A stretch of 53,144 nt of DNA from Nitrososphaerota archaeon. GTDB lineage: Archaea; Thermoproteota; Nitrososphaeria; PSMU01. Positions 17,711 to 26,457 of this stretch are shown here, one piece after another. Below the pieces are notes generated by a model. The model made no database searches, had not been told where the DNA came from, and saw nothing but the letters and a program-made list of their open reading frames with translations. The stretch is taken from positions 1 through 53,144 of the forward strand of contig PSMU01000007.1 in assembly GCA_040290255.1 (NCBI GenBank). Reading direction: 5' to 3'. Each line of letters begins with the position of its first letter. Position 1 is the first letter of the stretch. Made by a program: the position numbers and the translations under genes.

Positions 17711-19036
17711 CTAGGAGATGGGCGAGAAGCTCGCCTCGGCTACATCGCTCGGCCAGATGACCTTGGCCCTAACCTCACCCAGCGAGGCGTTCCAGTAGAA
17801 CTGCTGGGCGAACAGCAGCCACTGCACCTCCCTGAACTGCGGGTCGAATCTCAGCGTGCCGCCCTGCACGGGCAGCGTGAGCTGGGGCATGCTGAGGCCC
17901 TGCAGCGCCTGTATCACCGCGGCCTTATCCTTCGTTCCTGCCGCTTCGAAGGCCTTCGCAGCGATATACACGGCATCGTAGGCCGAGACGCCGAGCAGGC
18001 CCGGCAGCGTATTGTGGCGCTGCTGGAACTTCTGCCTTATCTCCTGCCACTTCTTGAACTGGTCCCCCTTGGGAATTGCATATGTCGCGTAAAGGCTGAC
18101 GATGGTGACGCCGTTGCCGGCAGGGCCCACGTTCTTGTAGAAGCTAGGGTCGTCGTTGCAGGCGCAGATGGGCCCTATCTGGGCCTTGATCTGCACCTCG
18201 TTCACGGCCTGCTTTATCATATTGATCGCCTCGGAGGTGAAGCCCATGGGGATCAGCACATCAGGCCCCAGCGCCTTTATTTTGGTGAGCACGGCCCTGA
18301 AGTCCGTCTCGCCTATCTTGAACTTCTCGCTGGCCACCAGCGTGAGCGGGTAGCCCTTCTGGGCCACGCGCTGCACATAGCCCGTGAAGAAGTCCCTCCC
18401 GAAGGCGGAGTCCTGGTACAGCCAGGCCACCGTCAGGTTCCTGGTGGGCGCCACGGAGGGCCGAACGACCTGGGCCAAAAAGTCCGCGATGGCCTGCCCA
18501 TACTGCAGGCCGGTGGCCTGGTAATGAAAGACCATGTACTTGGTTGGGTCAGCGCTGTAGTTGGCCATCCTCGTCAGCTGGGGCGTGGAGGGGGTCGCGA
18601 TATAGGGTATCTTATTTTGGATGACCACGGGCAAGGCCGCCAGGGCAAAGGCGCTCCCGAGCCCTCCTATGACTATGTCCACCTGATCCTGGACGACGAG
18701 CTTGGTCATGGCGCTGACGCCGCCCTATGTGCTCGACTGGTCATCGGCCACGACAAGAGTAAGGTTGAACCTCCCGCCCTCCTTGCTCAAGAAGATGCCG
18801 CCCGCGGCATTTATCTCCTCCACCGCGAGCATTGCGGCGCGCTGCTGGTCGAGCCCCGAAGCGCTGCCCGCGCCGGTGAGCGAAGTCATAAGGCCGATCT
18901 TGATCGTGCCCTTCAGCGGTGGCGGGAGCGAGGTATAGTAGTAGGTTAGGCCGATGACCACCGCTAGCACCACGACCACGATCAGGGCGATGGCCGAGGA
19001 GCGAGCGATGGCCGGGCTTAGGCCACGCTTCTTCAA
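17711..19036 (-). pseudogene. livK: LivK-like substrate-binding protein interrupted by one in-frame TAG at 18725-18727
   Basis: ORFs 18725-19036 and 17711-18709 share a frame and read through as VADDQSST*GGVSAMTKLV; N-terminal anchor then IKIG...LTG...EINAAGGI. Confidence 0.8.
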
Positions 19037-19068
19037 TAGCTAAGGATAGCCTCGTTTATTTATAAACC

Positions 19069-20526
19069 TTAGCCGATGCCGTGCATTGCGCTAAGCGCGT
19101 TTAACTTTGCCAGCTGTTTCCTCACCAAGTCCTGATACGGGGCTTTGTCCGCCATCGAGTAGTAAGCCATCTTCAGCCTCACGGGGTCGCCCGCGTGGAA
19201 CGTCTCGTACTGCAGCTGCCGGGCCCCGAATTGGTCCGCCACGGCATCGTAGGCCAGCCTAAAGAGCGAAAGCTTCTCCTTGGCGCTGATCCCCTTGCCC
19301 CTCATGTACCTCTCTAGGTATTGGCTCACCTCTGGGTTGCTTAGGTCAGCCTGCGTGGGCAGCATTACCATCCCGCTGGCCATCAGCTGCCTTATTATCT
19401 CCGCAAAGCGGGGGAAGATGTGGGTGCCGGCGATGAGCCTGGCGAAGATTATCCTGCGGTAGTCGGGCATGAGCAGGCCCGAGCGAGGCTGCGGAAGCGG
19501 GGAGACCTCTATGCCCCTAAGCGCGTCTTCAAGGAGGCCGGTGTAGAAGAGCATCTCGCCCAGCTTCTCCTGCACATGCTGCACGTCCGCGATGCCTATA
19601 TAGTCCGCCATAAGCGAGGCCAGGCCGAAGAGGAACCTAAGCTTGACCACCGCCCTGATCAGGGCAGTATAGCCCGCCCAGGCGATGAACTTCGGTATTA
19701 TCCTATAGCTGAACTTGGCGGCGCCCCTTCCGTATAGGAAGACCCTGTTCCAGGGCACTAGGACGTCGTCGAAGACCACTAGGGCATCCGCCTCGTCGTA
19801 GAGCGCGGCCAAAGGGTGATCCAGGGGCGAGCGGCCCCTCACGTAATCCTCCCTGCAGATGACCTTCAGGCCCTCCGTATTGAGCGGAATGCAGAACCAG
19901 GCGGAGATCTCATCCTCATCCTCCCTGGGCATGAAGGCGAAGACCAGCAGCTCGTTGGAGATGGGCGCGAGCGTGGCCACCTGCCTGGCGCCCCTGACCA
20001 CGATCCCCTTCTCGTTCTCGTCCACCACGGCCACGTCGCCGTTCTCCTTCCGGCTCTTGGTCCTGTCCACCTGGGGCGGCACAAAGGCATGGGTGAGGCA
20101 GAGGTCCTCCCTCCTGCAGAAGAAGTAGAACTCCCTGGCGTTCCTAGCTAGGCGGGGATTGAAGTCCTCTAGCTCAAAGCTGATGTTATACAGCCCCACC
20201 ATCATCGCCGAGAGAAAGTCGGGGGCGCGGCCCAGCAGGCCGGCCGTCTCCTCATGCCAGAGCTGACAATACCTCCTCATCGCGGACAGGTCTTCTAGGG
20301 TCCTCGTCAGCCTGAAGATATTGCCGAACCTTTCGCCCCCCTCCTCGTAGGTCATCGCCTCCCTGTGTGAAGGATGGTGCTGCAGGTCATACAGCGACGC
20401 GATCGTCCCTATGATGTGCCTGAACGCCTCCTCGGACGTAACGTCCTCCACCCTTCTGCCCCTTAGATAGACCGTCCTGCTGTCCTTCAGCGACTCTATA
20501 TATTGGGCCCCCGTCCTTACGCCCAT
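19069..20526 (-). CDS. hpaB: 4-hydroxyphenylacetate 3-monooxygenase family oxygenase component, copy 2
   Basis: RTG.QYIESL.D.R.VY..G, GRAPDF, THAF.PPQVDR, DE.DA.VVFDDVLVPW.RVF, RQLQYE.F..GDP. Confidence 0.9.
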   Translation of the reverse strand: MGVRTGAQYIESLKDSRTVYLRGRRVEDVTSEEAFRHIIGTIASLYDLQHHPSHREAMTYEEGGERFGNIFRLTRTLEDLSAMRRYCQLWHEETAGLLGRAPDFLSAMMVGLYNISFELEDFNPRLARNAREFYFFCRREDLCLTHAFVPPQVDRTKSRKENGDVAVVDENEKGIVVRGARQVATLAPISNELLVFAFMPREDEDEISAWFCIPLNTEGLKVICREDYVRGRSPLDHPLAALYDEADALVVFDDVLVPWNRVFLYGRGAAKFSYRIIPKFIAWAGYTALIRAVVKLRFLFGLASLMADYIGIADVQHVQEKLGEMLFYTGLLEDALRGIEVSPLPQPRSGLLMPDYRRIIFARLIAGTHIFPRFAEIIRQLMASGMVMLPTQADLSNPEVSQYLERYMRGKGISAKEKLSLFRLAYDAVADQFGARQLQYETFHAGDPVRLKMAYYSMADKAPYQDLVRKQLAKLNALSAMHGIG

Positions 20527-20545
20527 GGCCCGCGCTGTAGTGACG

Positions 20546-20568
20546 GGGATATAAAATTGATGTATCCC
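20546..20568. promoter_or_regulatory. Imperfect palindrome GGGATA-N11-TATCCC over the divergent hpaB2/hpaD promoter
   Basis: GGGATATAAAATTGATGTATCCC overlaps the minus-strand TATA of hpaB2; the hpaD TATA (TTAAAT) is at 20581. Confidence 0.45.
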
Positions 20569-20608
20569 AGCGGGCAAGCCTTAAATTTCATTCCTGCGCC
20601 TGGGCCAT

Positions 20609-21601
20609 ATGAAGAGGGCCCCGTTTACGATCACGCGGATAGGGCATGTGGAGCTCTTCGTGCCCGATGTGGAGCGATGTCGTTGGTTCTACTCCGAGCT
20701 CATAGGGCTCGTCGAGAGCGAGGGCTCTTCCAGCGAGCTCTACCTGAGGGGCGTAGAGGAGCGCTGGCACCACTCCTTGGCGCTCAAGAAGGGACAGGCG
20801 CCGCTGCTGCACCACATCGCCTTCAAGCTCTCCAGCCCCGAGGATATCGATAGGGCGGCCGAGTACTATGAAGGCATGGGCCTAGAGGTGCAGAGGCTGA
20901 AGGCCGGAGCGGAAAAGGGCCTGGGCGAGGCCATCAGGTTCCAGGACCCCCTGGGCTTCCCCATCGAGCTTTACTACGAGATGGAGGAGGTCGAGAGGCA
21001 GCTCCAGAGCTTTCACCGGCATAGGGGGGTCGCGCCCGCGAGGATCGACCACGTGAACGTCTTTTACCCGGACGTGGAGCGGGCATACCAGTACTACACA
21101 CAGGGCCTAGGCTTCACCCTCACGGAATACGTGGAGGACGTGGACGGCTCGAAGTGGGCCATCTGGCTCGAGAGGAAAAACAACGTCCACGACATCGCCG
21201 TCATGACAGGCGAGGGCCCCCGGCTGCACCACGTCGCCTTCTGGCTTTACGACATCACGAGCGTGATAAGGCTCTGCGACCTGCTCGCCTCCGCTGACCT
21301 GCAGGATGCCATGGAGAGGGGGCCGGGGAGGCATGGGCTCTCCAACGCGCTCTTCCTTTACGTCAGGGACCCCGCGGGGCACAGGGTTGAGTTCTACACG
21401 GGCGATTATCTGGTGGCCGACACGAACTGGAAGCCCATCAGGTGGTCGATCAAGGACCGCAGGTACACGAACTTCTGGGGGCATAGGCCCCCTCTATCGT
21501 TCTTTCAGGATGCAACGCCCGTGCTCTCCCTCAGGAGCGGCACGCCCGTGCCCACGAGCAGCCCTAAGGCCCTCTCGGACCGTCCTCCCTTCGTCCACTA
21601 G
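20609..21601 (+). CDS. hpaD: Homoprotocatechuate 2,3-dioxygenase (VOC extradiol dioxygenase)
   Basis: YLRG.EE..HHSL, R.DH.N, HDIA...G.GPRLHH.AF, ERGPGRHG.SNA.FLY.RDP.GHR.E.YT.DY. Confidence 0.9.
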   Translation: MKRAPFTITRIGHVELFVPDVERCRWFYSELIGLVESEGSSSELYLRGVEERWHHSLALKKGQAPLLHHIAFKLSSPEDIDRAAEYYEGMGLEVQRLKAGAEKGLGEAIRFQDPLGFPIELYYEMEEVERQLQSFHRHRGVAPARIDHVNVFYPDVERAYQYYTQGLGFTLTEYVEDVDGSKWAIWLERKNNVHDIAVMTGEGPRLHHVAFWLYDITSVIRLCDLLASADLQDAMERGPGRHGLSNALFLYVRDPAGHRVEFYTGDYLVADTNWKPIRWSIKDRRYTNFWGHRPPLSFFQDATPVLSLRSGTPVPTSSPKALSDRPPFVH

Positions 21602-22586
21602 CCCCGGGAGAAGCCTTAACGATCCTGTTCCTTATGAGCCCCAGCCGCTCCACTTCGGCCTCCACCACGTCGCCGGGCCTGAGGTACCAAGAAGCATCAT
21701 CGGCCTCCAGCTCCCTCTCCAGCGCGGTCCCCTCGCAGGTTCCGGAGGTGAGAACGTCGCCTGGAAAGAACGTGAGGTCCCTCGAAAACCATGAGAGCAG
21801 CTCCTCAAAGCTCCTTATCATCTCCGCCGTGCTGCCGCGCTGCCTCAGCTGGCCGTTTACGCGCAGCTCCATCCGCAGGGCATACACGTCCTGCACCTCC
21901 TGCTTGGGCACGACGCAGGGGCCCAGGCAGGCGCCCGTGTCGAAGTTCTTCCTCATGGGCAGCGAAAGCGTCTCCTTCGGGTCCTGGTCATCCCTAAGCG
22001 AATAATCTATGAAGACGGAGTAGCCATAGATGAACTCGCCGGCCCTATCCTTGGGCACGTCCCTGCACCTTTGGCCCACGAGCGCCGCCACCTCCACCTC
22101 ATAGTCCAGCTTCGTAGTCCTCGCGGGATAGACCACATCGTCGTAGGGGCCCACGAGCACGTGGGGCAGCTTCAGGAAGGCGCCGGGCAGCTGGCCCAGG
22201 ACCCAGCGCCGGGCCTGCTCCTCCGTCATCCTCCTCACGCGGGCCGTATGAGATGCGAAGTTCACGGCCGCGCACACCAGCTTGCTGGAGGGCGAGGGCA
22301 GCGGAGGCAGCAGCCTTACCTGCCCCAGCCTATGTATGTAGTTCGCCTCTGTGCCCTTGCCCAGGGCATCTAGAACGCGCCGGGCCTGCTCGAGCCCCTC
22401 CTCGCCGCTGGCGATGAAGGAGGATAAGGCCGGCGGAAAGAGGGCCTGCGCCCGGGCCCTCTTCTCGCTGCTGTCCCCTTCGCCCAACAGCGCCGCGTGG
22501 GCCGCCGCAAGGTCCACGATGCGGCCATCCTCAAGAAGGGCTCCCAGCTTCGGGCCCGGCTCGAAGAGCACGAGGCGAAGCGCCAT
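21564..22586 (-). CDS. Fumarylacetoacetate hydrolase family protein
   Basis: N...H, FLK, DYEVE, D.S.RD, K.FDT, PGDV..SGT..G. Confidence 0.9.
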   Translation of the reverse strand: MALRLVLFEPGPKLGALLEDGRIVDLAAAHAALLGEGDSSEKRARAQALFPPALSSFIASGEEGLEQARRVLDALGKGTEANYIHRLGQVRLLPPLPSPSSKLVCAAVNFASHTARVRRMTEEQARRWVLGQLPGAFLKLPHVLVGPYDDVVYPARTTKLDYEVEVAALVGQRCRDVPKDRAGEFIYGYSVFIDYSLRDDQDPKETLSLPMRKNFDTGACLGPCVVPKQEVQDVYALRMELRVNGQLRQRGSTAEMIRSFEELLSWFSRDLTFFPGDVLTSGTCEGTALERELEADDASWYLRPGDVVEAEVERLGLIRNRIVKASPGASGRREDGPRGP

Positions 22587-22620
22587 ATCCCCCGGCGGGA
22601 GGGGGAGTAATAAAGGATGC

Positions 22621-23778
22621 CTAACCGGCAGCCTTGTTCAGGCCCATCTTCATCAGATAGAACCTATCGAAGTCGTGCACCATGCCCTCTATCTCGCTGA
22701 ACCTGCCCTGCCTGTAGCCCTTCGACATGACGCCCTGCTGCGTGAGCTCGCAGGCCTCCCAGTCCTGCCTGTTGATCATATCCCACATGTCCGTGGCATC
22801 GGAGGTCTGGTACCGCCCTGACGCCAGGACTTCCGGCTCGAAGAGCCACTCGCACTCAACCCTTGAGCTCAGCGGTCCCTCCGGCCAGACGGTGTGCACC
22901 ATCAGGTAATCAGGGTGAAGGCTGAAGAACATGTTGGGGAAGATGAGGTAATAGTAGATGCGCCTGCGGTCCTCCTCGCTTAGGCCCTTCAGCGGCGGCC
23001 TGGCGCTCTTGCCCGTCAGCGTCATGCTCTCGCACCCCTCGGCCAGCAGCATCCAACCCCCGTTGTACTCGCCTTCTCCTCCTCCCTCCATGAAGAACTT
23101 GTCGTTGAAGCTGTCCCTGTAGAAGGTAATCCTGTTGAGCTCCGGGTGTATGGAGGGGCAGTGGTAGCACTCCGAGTAGTTCTCGGCCAGGATCTTCCAG
23201 TTAGCCCTCACCTGATAAATGGCCTTCTTCGCCCTTTTAAGGGAAGAGAGGTCGAGCGCGCTCCATCTCCTCATGAAGTCCCCTAGCTGCTGGGCCAGCG
23301 GACGGGCGCGCTCATCTAGATTCACGAAGATGAAGCCGCCCCAGCTGGCCAGCGGGAGCTCCAGCAGGCCATACCTTGCCCTGTCGAAGTCCTTGAGCGA
23401 GGAGGTGTGAGGGGCCCCTATCAGCCGCCCGTCGAGCGCGTAGGTCCAGGCGTGGTATGAACAGCGGATGTTCTTCAGGCCCTGCCCCGCCTCCTCCTTG
23501 AGCAGCCTGGAGCCCCTGTGCCGGCAGACGTTATAGAAGGCGTGCGCCTCTCCCCTTTCATCCCTGACCAAGATGAGGTTCTCATTACCTATGGCTCGCG
23601 TCACATAAGAGCCCGGCGAAGGGAGGTCCTCCTCCCTGCACACATAGAGCCATGAGCGGTAAAAGATCGCCTCGAGCTCCCTTGCATAGATGTCGGGATC
23701 CCAGTAGAAGCGCCCGGGCAGCGTCTGCGCCTGCTGTAGGGGCGCGAGCGCGCCAAGCTCATCGGACGACATGCCCAT
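22621..23778 (-). CDS. Rieske non-heme iron oxygenase alpha subunit (ring-hydroxylating or choline monooxygenase-like)
   Basis: Rieske motifs CRHRG and CSYHAW; mononuclear Fe site NWK...ENY.ECYHC...H; distal QD. Confidence 0.9.
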   Translation of the reverse strand: MGMSSDELGALAPLQQAQTLPGRFYWDPDIYARELEAIFYRSWLYVCREEDLPSPGSYVTRAIGNENLILVRDERGEAHAFYNVCRHRGSRLLKEEAGQGLKNIRCSYHAWTYALDGRLIGAPHTSSLKDFDRARYGLLELPLASWGGFIFVNLDERARPLAQQLGDFMRRWSALDLSSLKRAKKAIYQVRANWKILAENYSECYHCPSIHPELNRITFYRDSFNDKFFMEGGGEGEYNGGWMLLAEGCESMTLTGKSARPPLKGLSEEDRRRIYYYLIFPNMFFSLHPDYLMVHTVWPEGPLSSRVECEWLFEPEVLASGRYQTSDATDMWDMINRQDWEACELTQQGVMSKGYRQGRFSEIEGMVHDFDRFYLMKMGLNKAAG

Positions 23779-23864
23779 GAACCGGCGCCCCTCGCTATAA
23801 ATCCCTTATCCCCTTCACGTCCATCCGGCGCAAGGGTTATTTTGCCTAAGCCTTCCTCTCACAT

Positions 23865-25433
23865 GTGCGCTGGAGAACGATACCCCAGCTCATAGCCGAG
23901 GCGGCGGAGCGAGGGGGCGAGGCCACATTTCTCTACTATAGGCGGCGCAGGATCAGCTTCAGGGCGCTTCACCTGCGCTCAAGTGCGGTGGCCAACGCGC
24001 TGCTCGAGCTGGGGCTCAGGAGGGGAGATAAGCTCGGCCTTCTCCTGCCCAACTGCCCCGAATTCCTCTACGCCTGGTTTGGGGCCTCTAAGGCCGGCAT
24101 AGTCTGTGTGCCCATCAACATCCAGCTGAAGTCTCATGAAGCGGCCGAGCTGCTGCGCCACTGCCGCGCCAGGGCCCTCGTCGTCTCACAGGGGATGGCG
24201 AGCTATGCCGACCTGCTGAGGGAAGCCTGCCCTCAGCTCGAGCACATCATCTGGGCCAATGCCTCAGGAGCCCCAGGCCCCTCCTTAGAGGAGCTGATGA
24301 AGAGCCAAGAGCCCCTCCCCCCGCCCGTGGCCGTAACGCCCGAGGATGATGCCTGTATCATCTATACCTCTGGCACCACGGGAAGGCCGAAGGGGGTCGT
24401 GCTGGCGCACCGCACGTACACGCTCACGGGCGAGGCCTTCCCCTATTGGCTGGGGCTCACCAAGCAGGACAGGCTCTATACCTGCCTTCCGCTGTACCAT
24501 ATCAACGCCCAGGCCTATACAATAATGGGCGGCCTCGCGCTGGGGGCAAGCGTGGTGCTTTCGGAGCGCTTCAGCGCGAGCCGCTTCTGGCAGGAGCTCG
24601 CGGAGTACGGCGCTACGCAGTTCAACTTCATAGGCGCGATGCTGCTCATCCTGGCTAAGCGTCCCCCGAGCGAGGCCGAGAGGGCCCACAACGTCAGGCT
24701 GGCCTACGGCGTCCCCTGTCTTCCGGAGCAGCAGAGGCAGGAGCTGGAGAGGCGCTTCAACCTGAGGATAGTCTTCGGCTATGGGCTCACGGAATCTACC
24801 TTCGGCTTCATCGAGCCCCTCGAGGGTCCCAGGAGGCCCATGAGCGTAGGCCTCCCAAGACAGCATCCCCTGCAGAGCTTCAACGAGGCTAAGATCGTCG
24901 ATGAGCAGGGCAGGGAGCTGCCGCCTGGCAGCGTGGGCGAGATCGTGTTCAGGAACCCAGCCATCATGAAGGGCTACTACGGCGAGCCCGAGCTCACGAA
25001 GGAGGCGCTGAAGGATGGCTGGCTGCACACGGGCGATCTTGGCTACAGGGATGAGGAGGGGTTCTTCTATTTCGTGGACAGGAAGAAGGACATCATAAGG
25101 CGAAGGGGCGAGAACATATCATCCCAGGAGGTCGAGGTCGTGCTCGCCTCTCATCCCAAGGTCCGGGAGTGCGCCGTGATCCCCGTGCCCTCCGAGCTGA
25201 GCGATGAGGAGGTAAAGGCCTACGTGGTCCCCATGCCCGGCGTCGAGCTCGACGCAAGGGAGCTCTTCGAATGGTGCTCGCGGAGGATGGCCTCCTTTAA
25301 GGTGCCGCGCTTCATAGAACTCCGCGAGGCCCTGCCCAAGACGCCCACCGGAAGGGTGGCGAAGTACCTCCTCAGGCAGGAGCGCGAGCCCAAGGGGCCC
25401 TGCTTCGATAGGGAGCAGCTGGCCCAGAGATAG
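23865..25433 (+). CDS. Acyl-CoA synthetase, CaiC (crotonobetaine/carnitine-CoA ligase)-like
   Basis: YTSGTTGRPKG, FSASRFW, YGLTE, TGDLG, DRKKD.IRRRGENIS, P.TPTG. Confidence 0.9.
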   Translation: MRWRTIPQLIAEAAERGGEATFLYYRRRRISFRALHLRSSAVANALLELGLRRGDKLGLLLPNCPEFLYAWFGASKAGIVCVPINIQLKSHEAAELLRHCRARALVVSQGMASYADLLREACPQLEHIIWANASGAPGPSLEELMKSQEPLPPPVAVTPEDDACIIYTSGTTGRPKGVVLAHRTYTLTGEAFPYWLGLTKQDRLYTCLPLYHINAQAYTIMGGLALGASVVLSERFSASRFWQELAEYGATQFNFIGAMLLILAKRPPSEAERAHNVRLAYGVPCLPEQQRQELERRFNLRIVFGYGLTESTFGFIEPLEGPRRPMSVGLPRQHPLQSFNEAKIVDEQGRELPPGSVGEIVFRNPAIMKGYYGEPELTKEALKDGWLHTGDLGYRDEEGFFYFVDRKKDIIRRRGENISSQEVEVVLASHPKVRECAVIPVPSELSDEEVKAYVVPMPGVELDARELFEWCSRRMASFKVPRFIELREALPKTPTGRVAKYLLRQEREPKGPCFDREQLAQR

Positions 25434-25477
25434 CCTGCGCCGGCCCAAAAGGCTATAAGGCGCCTCCGCGTGAAACC

Positions 25478-26422
25478 GTGCCCGGCCTGAAGCTCCTCTT
25501 CTGCACGGACCTGCATGCCAGCGATGCGTACCTCTTCAAAATCATATCCTACGCGAAGAGCTTCAAGGTCGATGTCCTCATCATCTCGGGGGACCTAACG
25601 GGCAAGGCCCTCGTGCCCATCGTCAGGCTCCCCGATGGCTCATATAAGGCCCAGCTTTTCGGGAGGGAGGAGAGGTTCGGTGAAGAGGCCCTGCCCGCCA
25701 TGAAGCAGGCCATAGCCCGGGCGGGCTACTATGCCCGCGTGTGCACCCAGCAGGACTATCAGAGGATGAAGGAGGACGAAAGGCTGCGCGCCGAAGCATT
25801 CCGCAGCGCTATGGTCGAGAGGCTGGAGGCGCAGATAGCCCAGCTCGAGCGGGAGCTGCCTCCCGAGGTCACCGTCATCATGAACCCAGGCAACGACGAC
25901 GAATTCTTCGTGGACGACGTGCTGAAGCGTGCCGAGCGCGTTAAGTATACGATAGGCCAAGTCGAGGAGCTGGGCGACTTCAGGCTGATCTCCTGCGAGT
26001 GGGTAAACCCGACGCCCTGGAACTCACCGCGGGAGTGTGAGGAGGATGAGCTCCTGAAGAGGCTCCAGGCCGAGTTCGAAAGGGCGGGGTCCACCGAGAG
26101 GTTGCTCTGCGACTTTCATGCGCCTCCCTTCAGGACCACGCTGGACCTGGCGCCCAAGCTCGACAGAAACCTGAGGCCTAAGAGAAACCTTTTCGGACAG
26201 CCCGTGTTCGAGCATGTGGGCAGCAAGGCCGTCAGGAAGGCCCTCGAGGAGTACCAACCGCTGCTTTCGCTGCACGGGCACATTCACGAATCGCCGGGCT
26301 CCTACACGCTGGGCAGAACCACATGCCTTAACCCGGGCTCGGAGTATGAGGAGGGAATTATGCATGGCTACCTCGTAATTTTAGGCCATAATTTAGACTA
26401 CAAGCCGGTTATAGGGGCTTAG
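25478..26422 (+). CDS. Calcineurin-like metallophosphoesterase with a helical insertion
   Basis: DLH, GDLTGK, PGNDD, HAPP, HGHIHE, NPGS motifs. Confidence 0.9.
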   Translation: MPGLKLLFCTDLHASDAYLFKIISYAKSFKVDVLIISGDLTGKALVPIVRLPDGSYKAQLFGREERFGEEALPAMKQAIARAGYYARVCTQQDYQRMKEDERLRAEAFRSAMVERLEAQIAQLERELPPEVTVIMNPGNDDEFFVDDVLKRAERVKYTIGQVEELGDFRLISCEWVNPTPWNSPRECEEDELLKRLQAEFERAGSTERLLCDFHAPPFRTTLDLAPKLDRNLRPKRNLFGQPVFEHVGSKAVRKALEEYQPLLSLHGHIHESPGSYTLGRTTCLNPGSEYEEGIMHGYLVILGHNLDYKPVIGA

Positions 26423-26457
26423 GTTTAAATAAAGAGCCCGTGCGCACCGGCCCAGAT

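Noticed and set aside
18725-18727. Pyrrolysine or amber recoding
   Set aside because: No pyl genes in the window and TAG is a frequent true stop here.
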